DNA from: Eledone cirrhosa
Lineage: Eukaryota
Direction of reading: 5' to 3'
Length of the DNA stretch: 64,000 nucleotides
Assembly (NCBI GenBank): GCA_964016885.1
Contig: OZ024759.1
Coordinates: 4,588,001-4,652,000, forward strand
Under the pieces are notes generated by a model. It did not search any database, was not told the DNA's origin, and saw nothing but the letters and a program-made list of their open reading frames with translations. This document shows positions 13,931 to 27,362 of the stretch, piece by piece (the stretch's first letter is position 1; the number at the start of each line of letters is the position of its first letter). The position numbers were made by a program, and so were the translations under genes.

Positions 13931-14101
13931 ATAGACTTCAAGTAAATCTTTGTCAACTTACCTCCTTCACATATAATCAATGTGTTGTGTTGTTAGTTGT
14001 TACTAAACAACCAAAGAAATAATCTCTTTGTTATCAAATTAGAAGTTTCAATGTTATCAGCTTTATTTCCCGACATTAACGTTGGTGTATCTTCTTCATC
14101 T

Positions 14102-14160
14102 TTAGTCATAAATTGATATCTTGTCAGAATGAAGTAGTGAGGATGACTTTATATCTTTAG
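14102..14160 (-). CDS. Candidate terminal exon of the multi-EGF gene
   Basis: Acceptor atttcctatcaaatctgtag; phase-1 frame gives (A)KDIKSSSLLHSDKISIYD*; AATAAA ~35 nt downstream. No homology support. Confidence 0.2.
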
Positions 14161-14414
14161 CTACAGATTTGATAGGAAATATATATAGATTAGATTGATA
14201 TGTGGTCTAAAATATATATATTGTCTATAAATGACTGATAGCAGATGTTCTGGTGAAATAGTAGTTTTACTACTACAGATTGTAATGGAACTCTTAGTAG
14301 ACACAATTGTAAAGTAAGAATAGATATGACAGTGTAAGACTGATGTCGGGGAAATAAACTTGTGTGTATATATATAATTGTTACACAAGATATAATTAGA
14401 TTAATTAAAGTTAT

Positions 14415-14600
14415 AATTGTTTCTACTTTAGGCACAAGGCCAGCAAAGACCCAGTGCATTACCAGTACTTTATTTTATCGACCCCGTAAGGATGAAAGGC
14501 AAAGTCAACCTCGGCGGGATTTGAACTCAGATCGTAAAGGGACGTAACTATGCTGGAAAGCATGGCGTCCGACCCTCTACCGATACTGCCAATTCACCGC
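14415..14600 (-). mobile_element. SINE
   Basis: Near-identical reverse complement of 13760-13930. Confidence 0.8.
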
Positions 14601-14834
14601 AATGAAGGCAGCAGGTACTCGGTATCGTTGCGCATGTTTCAACTCTCTTCCTGGTGTCATACGTTAAAAGTCCCTGATATAATTTAATACCTTCAGACAC
14701 AGTTCCAATCGTTTTTAGTTTATTGTAAATCAGAAAGTATCACTCTATAAAATATCAATTATATATCAATAAGAAAACCTCTAGGTAGTCTCACTGACTG
14801 CTAGAAATAGCAGCGATATTACCCATTACAACTG

Positions 14835-14867
<33 letters not shown>

Positions 14868-15504
14868 CACACATATATGTACGTATGTATGTATATGTGT
14901 ATATATGTGTATGAATGAGTGTGTATGTGTGTATATGTGTACATAGGGTTTTGGTATATGTACGTTTGGTGAACATATGTGTATTTACCTGTAGGTATGT
15001 GTGAGTGTGCGTTCTATACGCATTTATGCGTGTATATTTATATATGTATTTATAATTATATGTATATATACACACACAAACATATATTTATATGTGTATT
15101 TGGTGCATACAATCGTATGTGTGCGGGTATATGTGTTGCGCCGGTTTACGTCCGTGCGCGCCTGTTTATGTGTACGTATATGTATATGCATGCATGCCGT
15201 GAGTTTTCGCATATGCTCGTGTATAAATGTGTGTATGTATATATTTAATTATTATTACTTTTATGATTTTAATGACATCTGTCATTTTCGTTCAACTAAT
15301 TTATTTACATTATTCTGGACTCCGAAGCCGAGCATCATTCAGTTTCCTTAATAGAATATTAGTCTACGACTCCATTTACACCATAAACGTGGTTTTGTCT
15401 TTACGTGTAATTGTTGTCACCGCTCCACATAACGACGTATTATCTTCTTTTTCCCGTTCATTGCCAGGGAACGTCTTCACGAATCAAAGCATAAATTATT
15501 TTCA

Positions 15505-16065
15505 CGAGCTGACGTACCCAGCTTCGCCCGGGTAAATAGATGATAAAAGAAAAGGTCCCTATTTACTCCCTTCACAACTCTGTATGTTAGACTGACAGAC
15601 AGGCACACAGACAGATAAACTGCGTGGCGATTGTGGAACGCCACACGTATACACACATACACGCACACAAACTTACACACGCACCCGTGCACTTACACAC
15701 ACGCACACACTCACACATGTTGATAGTTTTTACTTTCTGTGGAACGCTGCACGCACGCACACATACATAAACATACGCGCACGTACATACACACGCACAC
15801 ATGTTAATAGTTATTGCTTTACTCCCCCTCTTATTTCCACACACATCACACACACACACGTCTCTACACTGACACATATACATAGTGTATCCAACACAGC
15901 GTTCACTTTGCCTCTCTCTCGCCTCTCACTCTCTCATTGGCATTATACATATTAATTTAAGTTTGGCGTCGTTGAGGTGGGCGGAGTCGTTAGAAACCTA
16001 TGAACCAATGATAATCGAGAATTATGACACACGGAATATTGACATTGTTGAAATTAATATATAGA
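15505..16065 (-). mobile_element. Non-autonomous Helitron (internal-deletion derivative)
   Basis: 5' TCTATATATTAAT at 16065. Body matches 21490-21903. 3' hairpin acccgggcgaagctgggt followed by CTCG (variant of CTAG) then T. Confidence 0.85.
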
Positions 16066-19000
16066 CTAGCTGACGTACCCAGCTTCGCCCGGGTAAACAG
16101 ATGATAAGAGAAGACAGGTAAAAGAGAAAATGTCTGTATTGGATGTTTGTCTGGTTACAGTGTGAGGCGAGTCCGTGTTGTCTGTATGATACAAAAAAAC
16201 TGTAAAAGAAATCTTCCAGATATACCAGATTCTTCGTTGTCCGGTTTGTGCATAGTATATGAACAATTCTAGGTGCTCCCACCTAGAATAGTGACCTCTA
16301 GGAGATGGTTCCTCTTCGGCCTGACTGGAAAACGTGTATCATTGCATAGACGTGTTGTTCCACGTTTCTCAAAAGGATGATGGAAGTTCCAATCTGTTAT
16401 ATTATATGTAGATATAGATATAGATAATTAATAAAAAAGATGTCCGTCAATGTAAAGAAGGTCCCTATTTACTTGAAATGGTTTATACAAATGCCAAATT
16501 AATATGGATATGGATAACATGCTTATCTATAAGTGGTCAGCTATAATAATAAACCAACAAATTATATGACACAAACATTTATTCAGTAATTTCCAGGCTC
16601 TTAGCCACTGAGTAATAGACAGTCAATATTGCCCAGAGTTCAACTCGGGGAGGTGGCCTGGTTTGAACTCAAAATGGCGGATCCTTCTACTTCGAAAATA
16701 GAATGGTTTTTCAATATTACTCTAGCCCTGGCCGGCCATAGGCACCAAACTTTTTGCCAGACTCAGCATATGATGAGGTTTTATTACCACTGCAATCAGA
16801 AGCGATAAATTTGAAGGCAATTTCTACCAATACTTGTTGGTTTTTATTGCTCATTATCGACAATAAATGACATTGAACATAAATGATAACTCTGCCAAAG
16901 CTCACAATACAGATGAAAGGAAACCAATGTCCGAATCATATACGTCGCTTATTGATAGCATTAAAGATATGCATACATCAGCTCAAAGCTTCATTATAGA
17001 CAATATTTAGGTTTGTTCCTCTGTTAGTGGTATCAATTGCAAATTTTATACCATCAGGATCGCACACTCGAGATGCAGCAACATACAGTTGCCCATGGCT
17101 GGATCATTCAAGCAGACACCGACTCGCTTGAAAGTCTGTCCCTGTGCCTTGTTGACAGTCATGGAGAAGGCCAAATTGACGGGAAACTGTCTCCTTTGCC
17201 AAATAAATGGCAGCAGATCTTCACTTGGTCTCAGCATGATCCTCGGAATGAGAACCGATTCCTCTCTGCCTGGGAGTTTAGCTTCTAAAACTCTTCCGTT
17301 AATCAATCTCTCAACAATCAATCTGGTACCATTGCAAAGACCCATTTTATGATTGATATTTCTAAGCAATATAATCGGCAAACCCTTTTTCAACCTCAAA
17401 ATATGTGGGGGAAATCCGGGTATTTGAAGTGAATTCAGATACTCAGTCGGAACATCCATACTGTTCTGCTGATTAGGCTCCATTGCATCCGCACTGACGG
17501 TCAACCATTCCTCTCCAGGAAACATTCCGGCTACTTGTGAATTTATTTCATCGACCGTTGCATTCGTATGAGTTAGAATAACACGTTCCGATATTCAGGA
17601 GAGATTCTGCCAAAAAGCATTCAAATTAGGGAACACCCAGTCAATCAAGCCTTGGCGGTCCAGTGGCATGACCAAATGGTCTGGGATTCATACAGTCTGA
17701 TTATCACCAACGTGTGGCAATTCATCGTTTCCCAACTGCATCAACCATCGGCCGTATGTCTCAGCCTCTTCGTTTTGCCCGAACATAGGAAGTCGCATAT
17801 TATCGTGTAATCGCAAAACTCTGAAATGGCGCCACAATGGGTACTTTTTCAGACATGCATCGACAATTTGCGCTCTTTGAGCATTCCTAACAATTGGTAG
17901 CACCTGTCTGAAATCGCCACCAACAACGATAGTCTTACCACTGAATGGCAGGTCACTACCGCAGATATCTCTCAAAGTTCTGTCCAATGCCTCCAGCAAA
18001 TATCTGTGTGCCATTGGAGCCTCGTCCCAAATAATCAGAGACGTATTGCGTATAAGGCCCGCGAGTTCACTTTGTCCTGTAATATTACAGACACTCAACT
18101 CATCTGGAGCCAATGGAGCCTTGAAGCATGAGTGGAAGGTCCTTACACCACTCAGCAAAGTGACAGCGATGCCCCTGGTGGGCACAGGGAGAGCAATCTT
18201 CCTCTGAGCTCTGACTGCCGATAACATAGTGTTGAAACAGAATGTCTTTCCGGTGCCTCCTGGAACATCTATGAAAGCACAAAGTTGCTCATTAGTGGAA
18301 ATCGAGTGGAGAGCGCCATCGACCAATTCTCTGTGAGATTGGGTCAACATTGGCATACGTTCATCCACAATACGTTGCTGTTCCAGTGGATCAAACTGGA
18401 ATAGTTCCCTCCGATCGAGTGGCAACCGTCTAAGCTGCAATCTCATGTTCAATGCTAAGACACGTTGCCGCATTTCTTCATCAGGAATTGGTAAATTGAA
18501 ATCTGTTAAACATTTCAAATGAACTTCGAGCAGTTGCTCAATATTGAGCAAAACAATAGCTTTCAGCAAATTTTCATCATAGACCTGAAGATGATGCCTA
18601 AAATCATCAGCCATAATTCCCCAATGGCGTTCAAATAACTCTCTTGGATCGGCAGGTTTGCAGAATCCTAGAATCGTGACAAATAACTGCCTTATTCGAG
18701 CTGGCATCTGTGTTGTTCCTGCAGCTTCCATGGCGTTATTCCATTCAGCGTCATCCTGAAGGAGTCCCAGATGCTGACCCACAGCCTGGTATCTTTTATA
18801 TTCCACGCCATTGATTGTTTTCAAATCAGCGAAGCTCTGTTTACCTCTCGAAAAATCACTATGCAACAGAACTCGGAGATAAAACACATCACCAGATGCT
18901 GGATGGACATTACAAACCCGTCCAATAGTCATGAATCTCAACTTTTGTTTTCTATCATTCCATTTCTTTTCCTTCTTATCCCACGTATAGTGCGAAGGGA

Positions 19001-21903
19001 AATCGCAGTAGAGTTGCTTTTGATCCGGGTTCAAAGCATGTTCCCTATTATGCTTGAACCACTCAGTCAATTCCGTCTTAGGAGGTGGTGCGTTAGCAAT
19101 TCTTTCGATACCTCTTCTAGTGTCCTTAAAACAGACCATTTGCCTATTCTCTAAGTGAACCGTCAGTTTCTGAACGCTGGGTTTGCGTTCAATGAGATCA
19201 AAATCGAACAATCTCCAGCAAGCTTCGCTAGATCCAATCGAGCGAACATCCTGGAACCTGCCAACTTCATCTCCTTGGTTCACTTCCTCATTCCTGACAT
19301 TCATCATTGCCCCATCATGACCTTTGTAAACATACTTGAATAGATATTTGCAAGCTTTCACTGAGCTACAAATTTCCACATTAATATGACAACGATATTT
19401 CATAATCAAATATGGATTGTATGGCACAACCCATTGATTTGTAACCTGTCGACCGTTTACATTTTCGACCAAACCGCCATCGGCAGGCGACCGTCTTCTG
19501 TATGAGGGATGAGCATCCCCATCATTCCAGGAAGTGTTCGTGACAAAAGATTTCGGAAAGTGCTTACTGCATTGGCCATTTTTCATGCAAGGCGCTTTCC
19601 GATTTGCCACTCCGCATTGGTTGTGCACCATTGACTTTGCCACCAAGTTGCATAGTGCCTCATTCTCCGGCAGTTCAGCACACACAATGCTGTCGACATC
19701 CTCAGCACATCACAATTTGCAATCTCTATGTAAAATGATCAGCAAATGTGCATGTGGCAATCCTCTTTTTTGGAATTCAATTACGTATGTAAAAGCAACT
19801 ATACCTCCAAAGATTCCCTCTTTTTCCACATCATCCATTATTTTTTTCAGATATCCTTTGAATACTCTTGCCACAATATCAGGACGGTCCTTTGGCTGTT
19901 GTCCTGGCAAAAGTGCATCCTTAATATCAGTCCATTCAGGATTGCATGTAACTGTTATAAACAAATCTGGCTTTCCAAACTTTCTGACAATAGCCATTGC
20001 ATCCTGATAGCGAATGTTCATATATCTCGGGCCGCCGATGAACGACGATGGCAAAATGATGCGTCGACCAATTTGCTTGTAATTGGCATCATCGGCTGTT
20101 ATCGCATCCTGTATATTATTATACAATTCAGCTCTGATATGTTGCTGATGTGTAGCTATATAATTTACCCTTTGATTTTCGATCTTTGCGTATGCCATAC
20201 AACAGTATTCCTGGAACAATCTGCTGGCTTGAAATAGCGCATTTCTCTGTTGATTCCTCTCGTTCAAATGGAACGCGTAAAAGTCGCAAATCGAATTATT
20301 GTGTCTATTGCCACCTCCCTGTTGATGCTGATTCTCATGATCACCTAAATGAACAGACATGCTCCATCCATTTTCACCTTTTGGGAATAAAAGAACATAA
20401 TGCAATGGATGGTATGTCCTATTTGACTCATTGATAGTGTTGAGACCACCATCTCTGCGATTGAGGGCGATATCTCTCGATCCAGGCTTATCGTCCATCA
20501 ACACAGCAACTTCACGAAATCCTTCAGGGGCATTATATCGCCGTTCGTGTTGATTCCTTGGCACTGCGTCAGCCTTAATCATCAATGTTTGTTGCTGAAC
20601 ATTTTGCAGTTCAGCCACCAACATGAAATCCATAACATAAGGATTACACTGTCTAAGCCATGATTGCAAATCATGGATCAAATCACTTAACCTTTGCCGT
20701 TCAAGTTCAGTTATATTTCCCGGCAACTTCATCCAACCGATCCTGATATCCTCCTCCGATTCACTATAATCTGGATCGTTAACGTAAATTTGAGCGAACC
20801 AAGGCCTCTCTCCTGGGGTAACTTCTAAATTACCGATACAATGATACAAACGGCATTGAATGACGACATTCGGTTGCCATGCTCCACTCTCAAACATCTA
20901 ACTCTCTGCGATGCTAAAGCTAATAAATTGTTAATTTGCCGCGAATATTTGCGCAGTAATCTACCTCGGTCTCATTGATCACCCCACATACTTAGTATTT
21001 TAAACTCCGGTGACTCCCCATCATCCGGCATTCGCAAGGGTTCTAGTTGAACTGCTCCTTTGTGACAGCACATTGTGGTCCACGTCTTTTCGTGCCACCA
21101 AAGCAATGCTCCACAATGTGGAGACTCTGCTCGTCCACCAATCTGACAGTGACACGGTTGCCATGATCCATTTTTAATATCATTCGTTCGCCTTCTAGCC
21201 TCTTTACTGGAATGAGGAGCACTTTGCGACACATTCCCTGAACTTCTGTATTGCGCTGGCGCTGTTCAGCCAGCTCCTCTTCATCCATCGGAGCACGCCA
21301 TTGCTGCTGAATTCTGGCCACCTGCTGATGATGCTCAGCCAGTTCGTTTTTCAACCATCGCAGCACTCCGTCGCCGCTGTAGTTCACTGTTTGATAAAGT
21401 CGAATTGCTTTTCTTATCAGTATTCATTTGGAGCAATTGTAAAAAAAAATGACACAATAATAAATATAAAAGATGTCCGTCAATGTAAAGAAATGTCCCT
21501 ATTTACTCCCTTCACAACTCTGTGTATGACAGACAGGCACACAGACAGATAAACTGCGCGGCGATTGTGGAACGTCACACGCATACACGCATGGAAACGC
21601 GCACATGCACGCAAACTTACACACGCACACACTCACACATGTTGATAGTTTTTACTTTCTGTGGAACACTGCACGCACGCACACACACATAAACATACGC
21701 GCACATACATACACACGCATACATGTTAATAGTTATTGAACACAGTGTTCACACTCTCCCCTCTCACTCCCTCATTGGCATTATGCATATTAATTTCAGT
21801 TTGGCGTCGTTGGGGTGGGCGGAGTCCTTTGAAACCTATGAACCAATGATAATCGAGAATTGTGACACACGGAATACTGACGTTCTTCAAATTAATAAAT
21901 AGA
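16066..21903 (-). mobile_element. Helitron with disrupted RepHel ORF
   Basis: A|TCTATTTATTAAT 5' end at 21903; subterminal hairpin plus CTAG 3' end at 16066; internal Rep and helicase motifs. Confidence 0.93.
17046..21387 (-). pseudogene. Helitron RepHel transposase (HUH endonuclease + Pif1/SF1B helicase), frameshifted
   Basis: N-terminal Zn-knuckle remnant HCGALLW...CCHKG. Rep motifs DLFITVTCNP, VIEFQKRGLPHAHLLI, KYLFKYVYKG. Helicase motifs GGTGKT, WDEAPM, GDFRQ, LCNGTRL, RRQFPVNLAFSMTVNKAQGQT. Split over five ORFs. Confidence 0.95.
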
Positions 21904-22089
21904 TATATATATATCATCATCATCATCATCATCATCATTTTACGTCCGCTTTTCTCTGCTTGCAAGCCATGTGCCTCTTCCTATATATACATATATACTA
22001 TATACATATACACACATATACATATATATATGTATATATATATATGTATATATATATACGTAATTAATACATGCATACATTTATTTTTT

Positions 22090-22620
22090 TTAAATTAATT
22101 GAGTTCTTAACACGCAGGATTAAAATTGTTTTTAAAAAAACTAATTAACCCACGTGTATATTATTTTACTTTCTTGTGTTTCGCGATTGCCTCCCTTTTC
22201 CGCTTCGTGACGCTGTGAAATTCCTCAGTCTAGGACTGCTGGAATTTCAAATTTGGCGGTCATTATGATGCGTGAAGGGACGACTTAGCTGACACGAAAA
22301 ATAACTGCAGTAAGAAATGTTTTCTTATATCAATGTTTGAAGGGCATCCACTGATGATTTATAAGTGCCCACCTGCATATGTTCTTACAGAAAAATATGT
22401 AGGCTTCTACATAAACTGGAAACATTCTCCCAACTTGTAGAAAACTTATAATGAAACAATTGTTTGGAAAGAGAGATATATTTTAATTTTAATTATATCT
22501 CATATAAAATAATACAACTGGCTTTCCACAAAATACATATAGTTAGCACCCCAAACACAAAATTGGGATTATACTAAGGTATATCCTAATGTTTGTTGAG
22601 TGAGATGGTAGTCAGTCAGA
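22090..22620. repeat. Unclassified dispersed repeat; diverged inverted copy at ~62945-63450
   Basis: Shared blocks gggcatccactgatga-tttataag, ttagcaccccaaacac, aattgagttctta. Confidence 0.7.
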
Positions 22621-22694
22621 GTTTAGCTTAAAGCTTTCTCTGTTATTGTATTAAATATATGTATATATATATATATATATGTATCTATATATAT

Positions 22695-25600
22695 CACCTT
22701 GACCGACCAGTCTGTCGGGCGTCCATTCGACGCCGCTGGTCACAGCACGCCGTCCATTCCTCTCCGTATTGTGCTTTCCTCATCCATGTAGTCCCAATCA
22801 TATTCCTAAAATTATCTGCCACCTTCATGGAGGCCTTCCGAGTGGTCGCTTCCACTCGCACGGGTACCACTCCGCAACTGCGCAGGTCCAGTGATTATCG
22901 GTGAACCGGGCGACGTGTCCAGCCCATCTGAACTTGCTGCGTATATATTGCGCGATGACGTCCCTCACACCGGACTTCTGTCTAATGACTTCGCTCCTGA
23001 TGTGCTCTCTCAACAAGATTCCTAGCATTGATCTCTCCATGGCTCTTTGAGCCGTTACCAGCCTCTGCTCTTCTCTCTTCGTTGTAGCCCAAGATTCACT
23101 GCCATATAACATTGCAGGTAAAACTGTGCTATTGAAGGGTTTGGCGTGGGTGGTCTTGTCCAACCTCCCCTTGAGCACATCCCTTATGCCGCTGAACGCC
23201 TTCCATCCCTTACTCTCTGCGAGATCAGCCTCTCAATGTATTGGCGCATGTTCACTTCTTGTCCTAGGTAGACGTATTCCTCCACCTCCTCTATTTCATC
23301 ACCACCAACCACCATTCGACCTGTTGGTACGTTGTCGGACCGCATGAAGTTCGTTTTCATGCTGTTCATCTTGAGGCCTACTGCAGAGCTTTTGATGTCG
23401 AGCTCCGTCAGCATGGTCTGAAGCCGATCCGTGGTTTCAGCGATGAGTACGATGTCATCAGCGAAACGGAGGTGGGTAAGTATCTCCCCATTGATGGTGA
23501 CACCGCCTTGCCAGTCAATGCCTCTGATGATCTGCTCGAGACACGCGGTGAAAACTTTTGGAGAGATCGTATCTCCTTGCTTCACTCCCTTCTCGACCGG
23601 CACTCGTACGGGTGATGACAGCAGAGCTGTGTCGGTGGTGCATCCGGAATTCGCCTCCTTGAGCAGTTGAACGTATTCTGCCTCGACTCCTTGCCTCTGC
23701 AGCGAGTTCAGCACTGCGTTGATTTCGACGCTGTCGAAGGCCTTCTTGTAGTCTACGAACGCGACGCAAAGAGGCATCTTGTACTCTTTTGCTTGCTCAA
23801 GCAGTTGTGTCAGAGTAAATATGTGGTCCATCGTGCTGTAGTTCTTCCGGAAGCCGGCTTGCTCTTTCGGTTGCGGTTCGTCCAGATGATGTGATAACCT
23901 GTTCAGGATTATCTTCGTGAACAGCTTGTACACGTGAGACAGCAGGAATATGGGTCAGTAGTTCTTCAGATCTTGTCTATCGCCCTTCTTTTATAGCAGG
24001 ATGGTATTCGACTCTTTCCACTGCGAGGGTATTCTTCCCTCGTCCAGATCGTGTGTGAATCGCTCGGCGAGGATTTTCCAGAGCTGTTCTCCGCCTGACT
24101 TCAACACCTCCGATGTTATTCCGTCTTTCCCTGGCGCCTTTCCGCTTTTCATTACACCGACGGCTCTTTCCACCTCACCGACAAGGATGGGTGGCACATT
24201 TTCTTCCTGTTGGAGTGACGGCAACGGCTGCACATTCCCGGCAGACTTGAAGAGCTTGGTGTAGAAGTCTTCGTAAATCTTTTCCATCTCATTCTTGTCG
24301 CTGACCGGTACTCCAGCTGTGTTCTTCAGGGTCGTCACCTCCGATCTGTACATTGCCATGTCCGTCTCGCATTTCTTGAGGCTCTTCTTTTCCTCTGCGG
24401 CCTTCAGGAGCTTCCCCATCCGGTATGCCTCGAAGTCTCTCTTCAGTTGCCGTATCACTCTGCTGAGAAGGGAATATTCGAGGTGATTTTCAGGTGTCCT
24501 CTTCATAATCTTCCTCTTCTCAAGCAACTTCATAGTTTCCTCCCAGACTCTTCCCTTCCGCTCCTTCGGGCACACTCCCTTAGCCTTCCTCAAGCACTCC
24601 TTCAGTTTCCTTATCAGTGAGTCGTAGTCAGCGTCTATGCCGTCTCCTTTACACCACTTTTCCTGCATGATGGCTTCCTGCTGCTGCGCCTCGTTGAAGA
24701 CCCAGACGCGTTCTCCCTTCGACGCCAAATGCAGCGCCTTCTTCTCCCTCGTCCGATCGATGACGACCTTCGGCCTCACCAGACGATGATCACTGCCAGT
24801 GTTAAATGGCGTTATGACGGAGACGTCCTGCAGTATACGTCGCTTGGCGACCAGGATGTAGTCGATCTCGTTTCCGTGCTCAGAATTTAGCGATACCCAG
24901 GTCCATCTTTTCTCCTCCTTCTTCCTGAATAGGCTGTTTCCGATGTAGAGCCGTCTCATCTCCGCCATGGTGACCAGACACTCTCCTCTCTCATTTCGAT
25001 CTCCTAGGCCGAATTTTCTTACATACTCTTCCCCTTGCCGTCCCTGTCCGACCTTTGCGTTGAAGTCCCCCATCACGACGGTGTAAGTGGACTTCACAGC
25101 TAGCACTTTGTCTAGCTGGCGATAGAATTCTTCCACTTCCTCGTCGTCGCTGGCACTTGTGGGAGCGTAGGTCTGGATGATCTTGAGGGTGGCCTTCCCT
25201 GAGAGGTTTATGTTCAGTACACCAATCCGTGACGATATGAACTGGCAAGAAGTGACCTTCGAAGCCCATTCCTTGCTTACGATAAACCCTATACCAATCT
25301 GGCATCCTCTGCTTTCCCGAGTCTCACGGCGCATCCATCTTGCCATCGGGAATTCGCCTCCTTCTTCTGGCGGGTCTTGCACAGCCCTAACACGTCCCAC
25401 CTGATCTTCTTCTTCTCCTCCATTAGGTGGTTCAGTCCTTGCCCCCTGCCAAAGACCTGCAGTTGTATGTGCATATGGCAAGGTTAGTCCTGTTCCATGG
25501 CGGCCTTCGGGAACCTGCGATTCTTAGCAGCCTCTCGTCGCTCGGGTCGCACTCCGCCGTCATGGAGCAGCCCGATTGACTCGCAGGGTACTGAGGCCCT

Positions 25601-25735
25601 TTTCTTCGTGCTGTTTTAACCATAAGATGACGCCATCCCATTGGCTGGGCGGGCAGGCCGGTACCTCTTCAGTTTAGCTAGCTTTTGAACTCTAGAAGAT
25701 GATGAATCATCTCTAGGACCCAATTCGGGTCAAAC
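22695..25735 (-). mobile_element. Near full-length RTE-clade LINE (APE + RT), disrupted
   Basis: APE motifs TYNCRSL, YAPT, GDFNAKVG, EIDYIL, SDHRLV. RT motifs QAGFRK, DYKKAFDS, GVKQGDTISP, LRFADD. C-terminal RWAGHVAR...RPLGRPP. Inserted in (TA)n. Confidence 0.96.
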
Positions 25736-25759
25736 AAATAAAAAAAAATATATATATAC

Positions 25760-25796
<37 letters not shown>

Positions 25797-25800
25797 CATA

Positions 25801-25936
25801 TACTTGGGGAGGTTCATATTGTTGTAATAATATTGCCAGAAATAATAACAGAACACACTCACTGTTTGGTTGGTTTTCGCTTCTGTATCTTTTATATCTC
25901 CATAGTTAATTTATTTGGCAATCAAAGAACTTTGTT

Positions 25937-25981
<45 letters not shown>

Positions 25982-26117
25982 CTGTATATTTAACCATTGG
26001 TCAATCAATGCCAAATAAATTAACTATGGAGATATAAAAGATACAGAAGCGAAAACCAACCAAACAGTGTTATTATTTCTGGCAATATTATTACAACAAT
26101 ATGAACCTCCCCAAGTA
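25801..26117. repeat. Inverted repeat with ~110-120 bp arms
   Basis: 25801-25920 is the reverse complement of 26009-26117 apart from one 10-nt indel. Confidence 0.9.
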
Positions 26118-26141
26118 TAACAATATATATATATATATATA

Positions 26142-26245
<104 letters not shown>

Positions 26246-26379
26246 TATATATACACACATATATATATACACACACACATATATATATACACACACACAT
26301 ATATATACACACACATATATATACACACACATATATATATACACACATATATATATATATACATATATATATATACACA

Positions 26380-27040
26380 TCATCATCATCATTCTACGTC
26401 CACTTTTCCCTGCTTGCAAGGGTGGGATGGGAACTGATCCTGGCTTGATTTCTACAGCTGGATGCCCTTCCTAACACCAACCTCATTTACAGTGAGTGCT
26501 GGGTGCTTTTTTTGCCGTGGCACATCCACGACCACTTTACAGTGGAATGATAGGGACCCCAGTCCCTATCATCTCATTTCTACAGCTGAGTAAACTGGAG
26601 CAATGTGAAATAAAGTGTCTTGCTCAAGGAAACAACGCATCACGTGGTCTGAGAATTGAACTCACAACCTTTCGATTGCAAGGCCAATGCTCTAACTACT
26701 AAGCCATGTGCCTCCATTCATATATATATACATATATATACACACACATATATATCTAAGTCTAAAGTCTGTCTTAAGCCAGCAGGCTCATTTGGCCGGT
26801 GCTTATACCGGTTTCATGGCGTGAAGTGAGTGGGAGTACAAGACTACCCCCTGGACAGGATGCCAGTCCATCGCAGGGTTAAACCTCCAGCTATTGCTGG
26901 TACACATTTTCAGCTGAGTAAACTGGAGCAACGTGAAATAAAGTGTCTTTCTCAAGGAAACAACACATCACCCGGTCCAAGAATGGAACTCACACCTTTC
27001 GATTGAAAGCCTAATGCTCTAACCACTAAGCCATGTGCCT
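26380..27040 (-). mobile_element. Cluster of an RTE 3' UTR fragment and two tRNA-derived SINEs
   Basis: tRNA-like heads ggcacatggcttagtggttagagc...gagttcaattct at ~26715 and ~27040. A related composite lies inverted at 50665-50998. Confidence 0.8.
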
Positions 27041-27100
<60 letters not shown>

Positions 27101-27319
27101 AGTATGTATGTATGTATACATACATACATATATGTATACAGACGTATAGTAGTATGTATATATATACATACATGCACACATATATATATGTACGTATCAG
27201 TTTACCAAACATTTATTATAATGCTCGGTTTGTTTGTTTGTAAACAAACAAACAGCCCGAATTACGCCGTACAGTGTTTAGGCAACCACGTCACCTTTTT
27301 GTTCAACACTGACACAGGA

Positions 27320-27362
27320 ATGATGTACTAGTTTCAAGCTTATTAGCTATCGTCAGCATTGT
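27320..27362 (-). ncRNA. Minimal type I hammerhead ribozyme motif
   Basis: Minus strand ACAATG-CTGACGA-TAGCT-AATA-AGCTT-GAAA-CTAG-TA^CATCAT; palindromic stem III ACTAGT; GUA triplet; stem I only 3 contiguous bp. Confidence 0.7.

Noticed and set aside
22340-22375. CTGATGA in the repeat shared with ~63200
   Set aside because: No GAAA after a stem in either copy.
25860-25950. Possible juxtamembrane exon (LWRYKRYRS) before gtgagt
   Set aside because: In-frame stop immediately upstream, no TM segment, and it lies in an inverted-repeat arm.
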